Shown: positions 10,646 to 21,071 of the stretch, piece by piece
How positions within the stretch are numbered: position 1 is the first letter of the stretch
How the letters are laid out: every line of letters begins with the position of its first letter
Assembly (NCBI GenBank): GCA_963663965.2
Contig: CAXXFK010000007.1
Span: 139,517 to 203,516, forward strand
Direction of reading: 5' to 3'
DNA: 64,000 nucleotides
Source of the DNA: Sedimentisphaerales bacterium
GTDB taxonomy: Bacteria; Planctomycetota; Phycisphaerae; Sedimentisphaerales; SM23-30
Notes under the pieces: generated by a model
Database searches by the model: none
Told to the model about the DNA's origin: nothing
What the model saw: only the letters and a program-made list of their open reading frames with translations
Position numbers and translations under genes: made by a program

Positions 10646-10674
10646 TTGAACTTCGACGTTGGGTTGATTATCAT
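10646..10674 (+). promoter_or_regulatory. Putative sigma70 promoter for lysS with a very short leader
   Basis: TTGAAC-N17-TATCAT, ending 9 nt before the ATG. Confidence 0.5.
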
Positions 10675-10683
10675 AACTGGACT

Positions 10684-12165
10684 ATGGAAACAAAACCGAC
10701 AATAAATGAATACGAAATGGCCCGGCGCAATAAGCTGCCGAAAATTAAAGAGTTAGGATACGACCCCTACGGAGGCCGATTTGGTGGGACAGAGTCTTGT
10801 CAAGCGATTGCGGCCAAGTTTGATCCGGAACGTGAAGATATTGAGGTATGCGGTGCAGGGCGAATTGTGCTGTTTCGCGATATCGGCAAATTGATTTTTC
10901 TGACCATGCGCGACTGGTCCGGTCAGATTCAGGTCGGATTGAGCAAAAGTCTGCTGAATGAAAATGAATGGAAGTTGGCAAAGCTGCTTGACCTGGGTGA
11001 TATTATTGGGGTTGAAGGCATTTTGGGCCATACCAAAACTGGTGAGATTACTATTTGGGCCAAAAAGCTAACGTTATTAACGAAGGCTACTGTGCCGCCA
11101 CCAGAGAAATTTCATGGATTGCAGGATGTGGAACAACGTTATCGTCAACGCTACGTTGATCTGTTTAGCAATCCGGAGGTAATGAATACCTTCAAAGAAC
11201 GCAGTCAGATTATTCATTTTATCCGTAACTTCCTTCAGGATAAAGGTTTCATAGAGGTGGAAACACCCATGATGCAGACAATTGCCGGGGGCGCCGCCGC
11301 AAGGCCGTTCGTCACGCATCATAATGCGTTGGATATGCAGTTATACTTGCGAATAGCGCCAGAATTGTATTTGAAACGCCTGCTGGTTGGGGGTATGGAG
11401 CGGGTGTTTGAGATTAACCGCAACTTCCGCAATGAAGGCATCAGCACCCGTCATAACCCTGAATTTACCATGTGTGAATTGTATCAGGCTTATGGGGATT
11501 ACAATGCCATGATGGATATTATGGAGGAGATGACATGTGCCTTGGTAGCTCAGCGCAGCGAGAATATGAAGCTGCCATTCAACGGTAGAGAAATCGATTA
11601 TACCCGGCCATGGCGCCGGGCTACCTATGCGGAGCTATTTGAAGAACATGTCGGATGCCCAATGGCGCAGGTTGTTAAAGTTCGAGAAATTGCCCGCACG
11701 ATCGGCCTGGCTGACAAAGAATCCGGCATGGATGATATGGTTGTCATTAACGAGGTGTTTGAACATTTCGTGGAAGAAAAACTGGTCAATCCGACTTTTG
11801 TGATCGATTATCCAGCGCCATTGTGCGTGTTGACACGACGCAAAGCGGATAATCCGGACATTGCCGAGCGATTCGAATTGTTTATTTCCTGTATGGAAAT
11901 TGCCAATGCTTATACCGAACTGAATGATCCGATGATCCAGGAAGAGAATTTCCGCAGTCAGCTTAAAGGCCAGGATGAAACCGAGGCGCAGATGGATGAT
12001 GATTTCGTCCATGCGCTTAAACATGGCATGCCGCCGGCGGGCGGACTGGGGTTTGGGGTTGATCGGTTGGTGATGCTGATGACAGATTCAGTCAGTATTC
12101 GCGATGTCATTCTGTTCCCGCTGATGCGTGCCGTGACAGAAAAGAATGATTCTATAGAACAGTAA
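10684..12165 (+). CDS. lysS: Lysyl-tRNA synthetase (class II)
   Basis: RYRQRYVDL, GGAAARPF, YLRIAPELYLKRL, FRNEG, HNPEFT, GMPPAGGLGFGVDRL. Confidence 0.98.
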   Translation: METKPTINEYEMARRNKLPKIKELGYDPYGGRFGGTESCQAIAAKFDPEREDIEVCGAGRIVLFRDIGKLIFLTMRDWSGQIQVGLSKSLLNENEWKLAKLLDLGDIIGVEGILGHTKTGEITIWAKKLTLLTKATVPPPEKFHGLQDVEQRYRQRYVDLFSNPEVMNTFKERSQIIHFIRNFLQDKGFIEVETPMMQTIAGGAAARPFVTHHNALDMQLYLRIAPELYLKRLLVGGMERVFEINRNFRNEGISTRHNPEFTMCELYQAYGDYNAMMDIMEEMTCALVAQRSENMKLPFNGREIDYTRPWRRATYAELFEEHVGCPMAQVVKVREIARTIGLADKESGMDDMVVINEVFEHFVEEKLVNPTFVIDYPAPLCVLTRRKADNPDIAERFELFISCMEIANAYTELNDPMIQEENFRSQLKGQDETEAQMDDDFVHALKHGMPPAGGLGFGVDRLVMLMTDSVSIRDVILFPLMRAVTEKNDSIEQ

Positions 12166-13577
12166 TGCATGTTATATTCTTATGTCTGAGATTTCTTCAT
12201 AAACGCCGTATCGCATTCTTCGGTACGGCGGCAGTGGCATTATGCGTCGCCTTGTTGATTGTGATTACCAGTTTATTTACGGGCTTCATTCAGGCTTATC
12301 GTAATTACTGGCAGAGTTATTATGGCGATTTCATGTTCATGCCGAATATATCTTTATCACAGCCAAATGATTTGGCGGATGCGCTGGAATCGATTGAAGG
12401 AATTCAGAATGCCATGCCGGTAGTTGATCATGGCGGCTTGCTCTATCTGGGAAAGGGTAATGTTCGTGCCGTTGAGTTAATTGGTGTCGATTTTGGACGG
12501 TGGCTCAGACAAAATAATAAACCCGGCGCTATTTTGTCCGTCTGGCCAGATGCAGGAGAGCTAACTACTGAATTGCCGCCAGCCATAATTGATCGGGCAG
12601 AAGCCTGGCATCTGGAACGGTTTGGGCGTGCTATGCTTCCAGAGGAACGGCCGATCCCGGCGCTGGTTGGGATTGGCATACTGGCCAGGCCCGATGAGAT
12701 AACTGACCAGTACCCAATCGAACAACTTTTGAGCGACTTGCGAAATCTGGACGGACCTTTGCCGGTGATTTCCGGCACGGTCCAGAAAGATGGTTCTGAC
12801 AATACTATGAGTGGCTATAAGCGGATTAACCGATTATGCTGGCCCGTTGCGATTGTGCAAACTGGAACGGTTGAAATTGATAATAACAAAATATATCTGC
12901 CATTTCAGGCCGTTTCTGATATGGTTGATACCGCAGGAACAGGCAATGTGAGATTTCATATAACTTGCGATCCTATGCGATCCAAGGATGAACTGGAGCA
13001 TTTGTTGTTTCGGGCCTGGAAGCAATTTGCCATAGAAAAGCTGGGCGTTTCTGAATTTGCAGCGAATGGCGCGTCTATTGAGCAGACCGCGAATAATTAT
13101 TCTTTGGTGGTCTTTACCCGCGAAATTCGCAAACAGCTTTACATCATGCAAATAATTCTCAGTTTTATTTGTATGGTAGCGGCCTTGCTGGTCTTTGTAA
13201 TTATAATGATGATTGTTATGCAAAAGAAACGGGATATTGGGATTGTTCGGGCCCTGGGCAGTTCCAGACGGAGTATAGCGCTGTTATTTATATTCTACGG
13301 TGGGGGGATCGGCCTGGCCGGTTCTGTTCTTGGGGTGATATTGGGAATCTGGGCTACCTGGAAAATAGATGTCCTCGAATCGTTGGTCAGCCGTATACTC
13401 GGCTTTAAAATATGGGTTACTGATGTCTATCTGTTTAGTCATATTCCCAATCAGGTTGATTGGTCCTCTTTAATCTGGATTGTTGTGGCGGGAGTTTTAA
13501 CCGCGACGCTGGGAGCGTTACTGCCAGCCTGGCGGGCAGCCCGTTTGCAACCCGTGGAGTCATTGCGCTATGAATGA
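12165..13577 (+). CDS. LolC/E-family (FtsX/MacB-type) ABC permease
   Basis: N-terminal TM, large periplasmic loop, KKRDIGIVRALG, C-terminal PAWRAARLQPVESLRYE; lysS-lol synteny. Confidence 0.88.
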   Translation: MHVIFLCLRFLHKRRIAFFGTAAVALCVALLIVITSLFTGFIQAYRNYWQSYYGDFMFMPNISLSQPNDLADALESIEGIQNAMPVVDHGGLLYLGKGNVRAVELIGVDFGRWLRQNNKPGAILSVWPDAGELTTELPPAIIDRAEAWHLERFGRAMLPEERPIPALVGIGILARPDEITDQYPIEQLLSDLRNLDGPLPVISGTVQKDGSDNTMSGYKRINRLCWPVAIVQTGTVEIDNNKIYLPFQAVSDMVDTAGTGNVRFHITCDPMRSKDELEHLLFRAWKQFAIEKLGVSEFAANGASIEQTANNYSLVVFTREIRKQLYIMQIILSFICMVAALLVFVIIMMIVMQKKRDIGIVRALGSSRRSIALLFIFYGGGIGLAGSVLGVILGIWATWKIDVLESLVSRILGFKIWVTDVYLFSHIPNQVDWSSLIWIVVAGVLTATLGALLPAWRAARLQPVESLRYE

Positions 13578-14926
13578 GAGGGCCTGGTATGTATAAACGA
13601 TTGCTTATCTGGCGCTATTTTACCCACAAGCGAGTATCGATCATTGCGGTCTTGGCGGTCATGTTGCTGGTGATGACGGTGGTTGTGGTATTAAGTATCA
13701 TGTCCGGGCTTCTGGAGGAAATACGGGATAGGAATCATCACTGGAGCGGTGATATTATCATCACCCGGGATTCTCTCGTAGGCTTTGCTTATTATGAGGA
13801 GCTGATGGCCCGTATCGGTCAGTTAGACACGGTTGAACTGGCAACGCCGGTCATTCGCACTTTTGGTCTGGTCAATAATAATCAATCCACTCAAATATAT
13901 GGCTTACGGCTGGAAGAATTTTGTCGGGTTACAAAATTTGCTGATACTCTGAAAGTTGCCCAGGATGTGCCTTCATTTCAAGTGCCTTACTATGAAAATC
14001 GCCCTGATTCGGCAGAATTGGCCCGGCGCGGATGTATTGTTGGGGTAATGGACAATCTGGCGCATGACTATTCAGGTTTGCGGACAAATAGTGGTTTAAG
14101 CTGGGATTTGACCGTATTTGCGCTGAACAGTAAAGGGGCTGTGACTGGATCGGATATCGGCCAGAGTCAACGATTCTGGTTTGTTAATGCATCAACGACT
14201 AATCTGGTGGATATCGATGCCGCAGTTTTCTACGTGGATTTCGAGCTATTACAACACTTGTGTCTGATGGATGGTTTTGATGGCCGTCCGCCGAGAATTA
14301 ATGAAATCCGTATCGGCCTGAAACCTCATGCCAATTCGGTCCGGGCGCTGGTGGAAATCCATACACTGTTGAAACAATTTGTTGGAGATTATCATGAACA
14401 GGTATCTGGAAATCTGTTAGAGGACCTCCGAGCGGCTACCTGGAAAGAATTTCGCCGGGCAATGATTGCGCCGGTTGAGAAAGAGCGCAGTTTGATGACA
14501 CTGGTATTTGGTATGATAGGTATTCTGGCAGTATTTATCATATTTGCCATTTTTTATATGATCGTAACGGAAAAGATCAGGGATTTGGGCATTATCAAAA
14601 GTGTCGGTGCCGGGAATGGAGCCGTAGCCGGCATTTTTCTGGGTTTTGGCGCTCTGGTTGGCTTGATTGGCGCATCAATAGGGGCGTTACTGGGCAGTTT
14701 GTTGGTTATCTACAGTAATCAAATCGAAGATGTTTTATATCTTTGGTTCAAATTTCGGTTGTGGCCACCAGATTTGTATGCCATTGCCAAAATCCCCGAT
14801 CAGATCGAGCCGGTATTTGTGCTGGGTATTGTGGCGGCGGCTGTGGCAGCGTCAGTGGCCGGGGCGGTTTTTCCGGCGTTGCGGGCTGCCCGGTTAAATA
14901 TTGTGGATACTTTACGCGTTGAATAA
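13574..14926 (+). CDS. LolC/E-family ABC permease (second paralog)
   Basis: EKIRDLGIIKSVG, PALRAARLNIVDTLRVE; the true start may be 13589. Confidence 0.88.
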   Translation: MRGPGMYKRLLIWRYFTHKRVSIIAVLAVMLLVMTVVVVLSIMSGLLEEIRDRNHHWSGDIIITRDSLVGFAYYEELMARIGQLDTVELATPVIRTFGLVNNNQSTQIYGLRLEEFCRVTKFADTLKVAQDVPSFQVPYYENRPDSAELARRGCIVGVMDNLAHDYSGLRTNSGLSWDLTVFALNSKGAVTGSDIGQSQRFWFVNASTTNLVDIDAAVFYVDFELLQHLCLMDGFDGRPPRINEIRIGLKPHANSVRALVEIHTLLKQFVGDYHEQVSGNLLEDLRAATWKEFRRAMIAPVEKERSLMTLVFGMIGILAVFIIFAIFYMIVTEKIRDLGIIKSVGAGNGAVAGIFLGFGALVGLIGASIGALLGSLLVIYSNQIEDVLYLWFKFRLWPPDLYAIAKIPDQIEPVFVLGIVAAAVAASVAGAVFPALRAARLNIVDTLRVE

Positions 14927-14941
14927 TTCTGAGACAATAGA

Positions 14942-15637
14942 ATGAAAGATAATCAGATAATTTTACATGCCAGCGGCCTGACAAAGTGTTACCTGATTGG
15001 CCAGGCTCGGCAACAGGTTCTTAACGGAGTTGATCTACAGGTTAAATCTGGCGAATTTCTTGCCATCATGGGCGCCAGCGGCAGCGGTAAAAGTACACTT
15101 TTGCATATTTTAGGGCTGCTAGATCGTCCGGATAACGGCACAGTTCAGTTTAACGGTCAAAATGTGTCAAAATTGAAATCAAAACAACAAAACTATCTGA
15201 GAAACAGGGAATTTGGATTTGTATTTCAGTTTTATCATCTGTTGCCCGAATTAAATGTACGTGAAAATGTTACATTGCCCTTGATGATTTCCAGCCCCAT
15301 GGGCAAATGGTCTGCCATTCGGCAGGCATCGAAAGAAAGGGTTGACCATCTATTGGAATCTGTAGGCTTGCTGGACAGGGCAGGCCAGATGCCCAATACG
15401 CTTTCAGGAGGCGAACGGCAACGAATCGCACTGGCCCGTGCTCTGGTTTGTCAGCCCCGTGTCCTTCTGGCTGATGAGCCGACTGGAAATCTGGATTCTA
15501 AATCAGGAAGTGTTATTCTTGAGATTTTGCTGCAACTAAATCAAGCCGGCCAGTCGATTGTTATGGTAACCCACGATCCTGGGGTGGCAGAAAAAGGGCA
15601 TAGAACCGTCCATTTAAAAGATGGCAAAATCGTCTGA
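14942..15637 (+). CDS. lolD: Lipoprotein-releasing ABC transporter ATPase
   Basis: GASGSGKST, GFVFQFYHLLPE, LSGGERQR, LADEPTGNLD; follows two LolC/E permeases. Confidence 0.88.
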   Translation: MKDNQIILHASGLTKCYLIGQARQQVLNGVDLQVKSGEFLAIMGASGSGKSTLLHILGLLDRPDNGTVQFNGQNVSKLKSKQQNYLRNREFGFVFQFYHLLPELNVRENVTLPLMISSPMGKWSAIRQASKERVDHLLESVGLLDRAGQMPNTLSGGERQRIALARALVCQPRVLLADEPTGNLDSKSGSVILEILLQLNQAGQSIVMVTHDPGVAEKGHRTVHLKDGKIV

Positions 15638-15710
15638 TTTATGTTACTTTGAACGAAATATGGACTTATGATAAAAAATGTTAAAATAGGCAACTTAGAA
15701 AAGGTGTTTT

Positions 15711-16568
15711 ATGGGCTTGAAAATCTGGCTCAATGACAAACTGGTGGATGAAGCGGATGCCAAAATATCGGTATTTGACCATGGATTGCTCTATGGAGAT
15801 GGTGTTTTTGAAGGCATCCGTGTTTATAATAATAAGGTTTTTGAACATCAGGCTCATATTGAACGGCTGTATCAATCCGCGCGGGCTATTCGTTTGCATA
15901 TTCCGATGGAAATCGACCCATTAATGGAAGCCGTAGAGGCTACAGTAAAAGCCAATGGGATAAAAGATGGATATATTCGCCTGGTGGTTACGCGCGGAAT
16001 TGGAACACTGGGACTTAATCCTCTGGTATGTAAGCAGGCTCAAATCATCATCATTGCTTCAACAATTCAACTTTATCCAAACGAATTATATGAAAATGGA
16101 CTTAAAGTAGTGAGTGCCAATACGATGCGCAACCATCCGCTGGCAGTCAGTCCTCAGATTAAGAGTCTTAATTATCTGAATAATATTCTGGCCAAGCTGG
16201 AAGCCTTGGATCATGGGATGTTGGAAGCGATTATGTATAATCATATGGGTTACGTCGCGGAAGCAACCGGTGACAATGTATTTGTTGTTAAAGACAACAA
16301 AGTTTATACGCCGCCCATCTATAATGGCGCACTGGAAGGAATCACCCGGGCAGTAGTCATCAAGCTGGCCAGGACATCTGGATACGAAGTAATAGAATCC
16401 AGCCTGACTCGATTTGACCTTTATGCCGCAGATGAAGTGTTTCTGACTGGCACGGCGGCTGAAGTGATAGGCGTTATCGAAATCGATGGACGTGTTATCG
16501 GCAAAGGGCATCCGGGATCTGTAACTCGAGATCTGCTCAAAAAGTTTGAAACTTATACCAGACAGTAA
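15711..16568 (+). CDS. ilvE: Branched-chain amino acid aminotransferase
   Basis: HGLLYGDGVFEGIR, IKSLNYLNN (PLP Lys), LEGITR, EVFLTGTAAE. Confidence 0.94.
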   Translation: MGLKIWLNDKLVDEADAKISVFDHGLLYGDGVFEGIRVYNNKVFEHQAHIERLYQSARAIRLHIPMEIDPLMEAVEATVKANGIKDGYIRLVVTRGIGTLGLNPLVCKQAQIIIIASTIQLYPNELYENGLKVVSANTMRNHPLAVSPQIKSLNYLNNILAKLEALDHGMLEAIMYNHMGYVAEATGDNVFVVKDNKVYTPPIYNGALEGITRAVVIKLARTSGYEVIESSLTRFDLYAADEVFLTGTAAEVIGVIEIDGRVIGKGHPGSVTRDLLKKFETYTRQ

Positions 16569-16593
16569 AATAATTGCGAATAATTTGAACCAG

Positions 16594-16627
16594 ATCCGGT
16601 CGGAGCTTGCAGGCCGGATTTCTTTTT
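16594..16627 (+). terminator. Putative intrinsic terminator after ilvE
   Basis: ATCCGGTC...GGCCGGAT stem followed by TTCTTTTT. Confidence 0.5.
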
Positions 16628-16646
16628 CGACAATCAAAGAGCGTTC

Positions 16647-17597
16647 ATGACTATAAAAATCCTGTCTCAGGCGATTACGGATGAACTCGAGCGGGTTCGC
16701 CATACAATTGAAAGCCAGTTGCAAAGCGGCATTTCTGAAGTGGATGATATGCTCAAATTACTCCTGAATTATCAGGGGAAAATGCTGAGGCCGATGCTGG
16801 TTATATTATCGGGCCGAATGGCTGGGCCGATTATTGAAGGGCAGATCAAGCTGGGCGCAGCAATCGAGATGATCCATTTGGCAACCCTGTTGCACGATGA
16901 TGTGCTGGATGACGCCGACCGGCGGCGTGGAAAGCCCTCCATCAACCATTTGCAGGGTAATGAGGCGGCAGTTTTACTGGGTGACTTATTGTTGAGTCAG
17001 GCGTTTTATTTGAGCGTTGAGATTGGTTCACTCGAATTATTGGGATATGTATCCAGGACGACACAGTTAATCTGTGAGGGGGAGTTGTCCCAGGTGTTGC
17101 GCCGGGGGGATTATAATTTGGAGGAAGAAGAATATTTCAGAATTATCGCCGGGAAAACTGCCAGCTTGATGCAGTGTTGCTGTATTCAGGGAGTCAAGCT
17201 GGGGCAGGGTAATCCGGATATTTGCCAGGCGGCAGAACAATTTGGATATAATCTGGGAGTGGCTTTCCAGATTATGGATGATATTAAGGATATTGATAAT
17301 GGCCAGGCGAGTTTTATTTCCAAGACACTGGGGACTGATATGGCCAAAGAGAAAATGACTCTGCCGTTGATTCATTATCTTATGCGCAGCGATTCCGCTA
17401 CGCGAGATCAGGTACGTGATCTGCTTCGTACTGGTGACCAATCAAGTCGCCACCAACTGGCTGATCGTCTGGAACAATTTGGAAGTGTACAATATGCGCG
17501 TGACCGGGCCCGGGATTATATTGATCTTGCCAAGGCTGCGATCCGTCATCTTAACGATAGTGATGGATTGTGCCTGTTGGCCGACAGTATCCTTTGA
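16647..17597 (+). CDS. Trans-polyprenyl diphosphate synthase (IspB/HepT-like)
   Basis: GKMLRP, LLHDDVLD..RRG, GKTA, AFQIMDDIKD. Confidence 0.92.
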   Translation: MTIKILSQAITDELERVRHTIESQLQSGISEVDDMLKLLLNYQGKMLRPMLVILSGRMAGPIIEGQIKLGAAIEMIHLATLLHDDVLDDADRRRGKPSINHLQGNEAAVLLGDLLLSQAFYLSVEIGSLELLGYVSRTTQLICEGELSQVLRRGDYNLEEEEYFRIIAGKTASLMQCCCIQGVKLGQGNPDICQAAEQFGYNLGVAFQIMDDIKDIDNGQASFISKTLGTDMAKEKMTLPLIHYLMRSDSATRDQVRDLLRTGDQSSRHQLADRLEQFGSVQYARDRARDYIDLAKAAIRHLNDSDGLCLLADSIL

Positions 17598-17601
17598 TTC
17601 T

Positions 17602-19965
17602 TTATGGGGCCAAACGCTTTAAAGCATTTTGAGCGAATTGCTGCTCTTTTAATGACAGGCGCGGAACGATAATTGAATCTGAACCGTGCATCAGTCTTTG
17701 CTGTTCCTGATATAACGACTCGATGTGTAATGCCTTTTGATATAAAGTAATCGCGGATTCTATCTGGCCGGTTTTCTCATACCATTCTGCGAGTTTAACC
17801 ATCAAATCGCTACGGATCGGATTGAGTTGTAAGGTTGTGCAAAGATAACATATGGCCTTGTTCTGGAGGGCGCTGTCTTCAGGCCTGACTTTCGCGGCGC
17901 GATCAAATATATCGGCCAGTAACGATGGATAACGAAAGTGGAATGGGTCTCGATCCTGTGCGGCCAGGCAATAATGTTCGGTTTTATCCAGGCCTTGAAG
18001 ATCATGATTGTTTTGCCAGAGCTGGGCTTCGACCTGAGCAGCGATTAACAAACCGCTCGGATCGATTGGGTTCTGGTTCGCGCCGTTGATTGCCAGATCT
18101 AGCGCATCTTTCATAATCGCTTCTATTGGTTTTTCGGGAGCCTGGATCGCCAATTGTCCCAGCAGCACGCGGGCCTGACTCAGGCTTGTTTCTGATTTCC
18201 AGACCGGGATAAAAAGGAACAGCCAGTAACACCCGGCAAGAACTAAACCGGCAATGACTACCGGCTTCGCCGGTCCGTTGAAAGTCGATTGGAGTGGTTG
18301 GGTTGTTTTCTGCTTTTCGGCTATCAATGTTGCGCAAAGCATGAAGAATGTCGACAAAACGCCCGGTTGGAAAAATGCAAAATCTATCGTATTGTGCAGT
18401 AAAAAACCAGCCAGACCACATGAAATAAAACGCAGAATTACATTTTCTTTTGAATCAGCGCTTATACGGTCGGTTTCCTGACCCCCGAAGAAAGCGATTG
18501 CCAATCCGGTCAACCATACGATTCCCGGAACAATCAGCATGATTAAAATTACGCTGTCTTTGGATGAAGGATCCAGTGGCCCAAAATTACTGCATAAGTA
18601 GCGAATCCCAATAATTGTTGCCGTTGCCAGTATCAGGCCGGGCCAGATTTGAAGTCTGGTTAAAAGAGCTTCTTGGCGCACTTGATTTTTGGGTTGGTTT
18701 TCATCGGGGCGAATAACTTTGATGGTGACAAGCAAAATTCCAGAAATTAATCCGGCCAGGCCCAGAATGCCCCATTGGCTCCAGACCGATAATGGCAGAG
18801 AATGGGGATCCCGGATGACTTCAGAAGCGGCGGGATTCATATAACGCGGATAGTAATGGCCAAAATTTTCCGGGCCAACTCCAAAGAACCAGTGATCGGC
18901 AATCATGCCGGCTGTTGCACGCCAGTATTGCCAGCGGACCCAAAGAGAATTCCCGGGCAGGCGATTATGTAGTGTTCCATAAATAATGATTATGGCGATA
19001 CCGATGACAACAATGCCCAAGGCTACCGATAGAGCCATTTTCCAGTGTGGAACCAATCGTTTACGGAATATTTCGATTATCACTAATAAAAGAACCGCAG
19101 CTGAGAGCCCCAGGATGCCGCCATTACTTTGGGTAATCCACAAACCATACATCTGAAAGATCAGAACCAGTCCCCCCAGAATGCACATTGTGGCATAAGA
19201 AGGCTCGTTGCGGATTTTTGTGCGTCCGGTTCGAATTAATCCGGCGAAAAGCGCGGTTCCAGCGGTGATCGATAAGATAAAAAATGAGGCTGCGGTATTG
19301 CTTACATTAAAAAAGCCCCCGATATCCTGACTGCGCACCCGACTGAGAAATTGATGGGCTTTTAAGCTGCCCGGTTCAATCCCGTGTTTAGTTAAATAGG
19401 CATCCGGGTCTTTTTCGATCTCCTGTACTGTCTGGGGAATATCCCAATGTGCTTGTTCGTAACAGCGCCAGGTTAAGGCGATGCCGGTCGCGGCAATGGC
19501 GGCCAATACAAAACGGCGTTTCCAGCCCTGGTCGAGCCATTGAATCAGTTCCATGGCCCAGATCATCGGGCTCAGCCAGTTCAAGCCGCCCACTAGAGCA
19601 AGGTATTTGTCCGATGCCTGGGTGAGTGATAGGGCGAAACCTAAGACCAGTAAAAAAAGTGGTATTGTCAGCCAGGTAGATTTTCGATAGTTTGGGCAAG
19701 TCTGGGTTCGTATCGTAAAACTGATGGCAGCGATACTTAATAATATCCCGTTAAAGGCCAGCATTGCGGTAATTTCAGCAGTGCCGATCATCGCTCCACC
19801 AGAGAGCAAGTCGGCGGTTAAACCCATCGGAAACGATTCACCACACTGAGCCCGACCGGCAACCAGTATAATTCCGAACAGCATAAGAAGATTTCGAATG
19901 CGATCCGTAACCGTATGTTGCCGGCTGGAAGGCAAATCAGATGACGGCTTGTTAATCGAATTCAT
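17602..19965 (-). CDS. O-antigen-ligase (Wzy_C)-family membrane protein with C-terminal TPR region
   Basis: Many TM helices; TQSNGG, SLWVRWQYW, GVGPENF, DPHS motifs; TPR-like tail. Its ATG overlaps the yhaM-like stop codon. Confidence 0.82.
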   Translation of the reverse strand: MNSINKPSSDLPSSRQHTVTDRIRNLLMLFGIILVAGRAQCGESFPMGLTADLLSGGAMIGTAEITAMLAFNGILLSIAAISFTIRTQTCPNYRKSTWLTIPLFLLVLGFALSLTQASDKYLALVGGLNWLSPMIWAMELIQWLDQGWKRRFVLAAIAATGIALTWRCYEQAHWDIPQTVQEIEKDPDAYLTKHGIEPGSLKAHQFLSRVRSQDIGGFFNVSNTAASFFILSITAGTALFAGLIRTGRTKIRNEPSYATMCILGGLVLIFQMYGLWITQSNGGILGLSAAVLLLVIIEIFRKRLVPHWKMALSVALGIVVIGIAIIIIYGTLHNRLPGNSLWVRWQYWRATAGMIADHWFFGVGPENFGHYYPRYMNPAASEVIRDPHSLPLSVWSQWGILGLAGLISGILLVTIKVIRPDENQPKNQVRQEALLTRLQIWPGLILATATIIGIRYLCSNFGPLDPSSKDSVILIMLIVPGIVWLTGLAIAFFGGQETDRISADSKENVILRFISCGLAGFLLHNTIDFAFFQPGVLSTFFMLCATLIAEKQKTTQPLQSTFNGPAKPVVIAGLVLAGCYWLFLFIPVWKSETSLSQARVLLGQLAIQAPEKPIEAIMKDALDLAINGANQNPIDPSGLLIAAQVEAQLWQNNHDLQGLDKTEHYCLAAQDRDPFHFRYPSLLADIFDRAAKVRPEDSALQNKAICYLCTTLQLNPIRSDLMVKLAEWYEKTGQIESAITLYQKALHIESLYQEQQRLMHGSDSIIVPRLSLKEQQFAQNALKRLAP

Positions 19966-20942
19966 TAGAATGAATTATGTTGTTTGAACAAGGGCGTATC
20001 GAGCGATTTAATGTAGTTGGTCCAGGAAGACATATTGCTGTCGTTTTTGATTTCGGTCAGAGTCAGCGCCATTTTTGAATCAAGATTATCGAGAAAATGG
20101 ACCATATAGGCTTCGGGGGTGGCGGGCAATATGGGGCAGCCGAACTCGCGTATCCCATGGTGGGAAACGATGATATGAATCAGGCAATCGGCCAGAGTGC
20201 GCGGGAAGCGCTCGGTTTTTTCATCGTTGAGCTGTTTGACTTTTTCTTCGATCATGATGGCGCCCTTGACGAGGTGGCCCATGAGTCGGCCCTGATCGCT
20301 GTATTTGAAGCTGATATCAAAGTCCAGTTCATTCGTTTTTCCGATGTCGTGCAGGAACAAGCCGGTCAGCACCAGGTCGCCGTTGATTTCGGGATAGAGC
20401 GGGATGATACGCTGGCCGAGTTCAAGAAGGGTCAGGGTGTGTTCCAGCAAGCCGCCGATATAGGCGTGGTGGAGGGCGATTGCCGCAGGAGCATCGCGAT
20501 AGAGCTGCATCAAGTGTTGATCACCCAAGAAGGCTTTGATCAGTCGAATCAGGTGAGGATTCTTAATGGTCCCCAGGATTTCCAGCAAACGGTTCCACAT
20601 GGCGGGGATGTCGTTTTTGGTTGTGGGCAGAAATTCACTGAGGTCGACTTCATCGCGTTCGATGGGTCGAATGGCTTCGACAACCATCTGCAGCGAGTTC
20701 TGATACATTTCGGTGCGGCCCTTGACCATGACAAAACCTTCTTCCGGGAGGCTTTGATAAATTTCTTCGGTAGCCTGCCACATGCGGGCGTTGAGCCGGC
20801 CGGTAGCGTCACTGAGATAGGCGGCAATATAATAATCGCCGCGGCTGGTTGTTCGTAATTGGGGCTGGCTGATGAGAAAAACCTGGTTGATAATCTCGGC
20901 TGGATTCAAACGCTCGATCGGACAACGCGGGACAGTGGTCAT
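19965..20942 (-). CDS. yhaM: OB-fold/HD-domain 3'-5' exoribonuclease, YhaM/Cbf1 family
   Basis: OB fold, PAAIALHHAYIGGLLEHT, LHDIGK, SHHG, DNLDSK; start at the ATG at 20942 with an AGGGAG RBS. Confidence 0.88.
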   Translation of the reverse strand: MTTVPRCPIERLNPAEIINQVFLISQPQLRTTSRGDYYIAAYLSDATGRLNARMWQATEEIYQSLPEEGFVMVKGRTEMYQNSLQMVVEAIRPIERDEVDLSEFLPTTKNDIPAMWNRLLEILGTIKNPHLIRLIKAFLGDQHLMQLYRDAPAAIALHHAYIGGLLEHTLTLLELGQRIIPLYPEINGDLVLTGLFLHDIGKTNELDFDISFKYSDQGRLMGHLVKGAIMIEEKVKQLNDEKTERFPRTLADCLIHIIVSHHGIREFGCPILPATPEAYMVHFLDNLDSKMALTLTEIKNDSNMSSWTNYIKSLDTPLFKQHNSF

Positions 20943-20988
20943 GTCGTGTAACTCCCTGTTATTAAAAGATATAACTAATAAACGATAT

Positions 20989-21017
20989 AGTATAGCCCTC
21001 GGATTAGACGCTGGCAA
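20989..21017 (-). promoter_or_regulatory. Putative sigma70 promoter for yhaM
   Basis: TTGCCA-N17-TATACT on the minus strand. Confidence 0.6.
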
Positions 21018-21071
21018 GTCAAATTCGGTGTTTTTGACAGGTTGAGAATTTCTGTTAAGTAAATTGTAAAA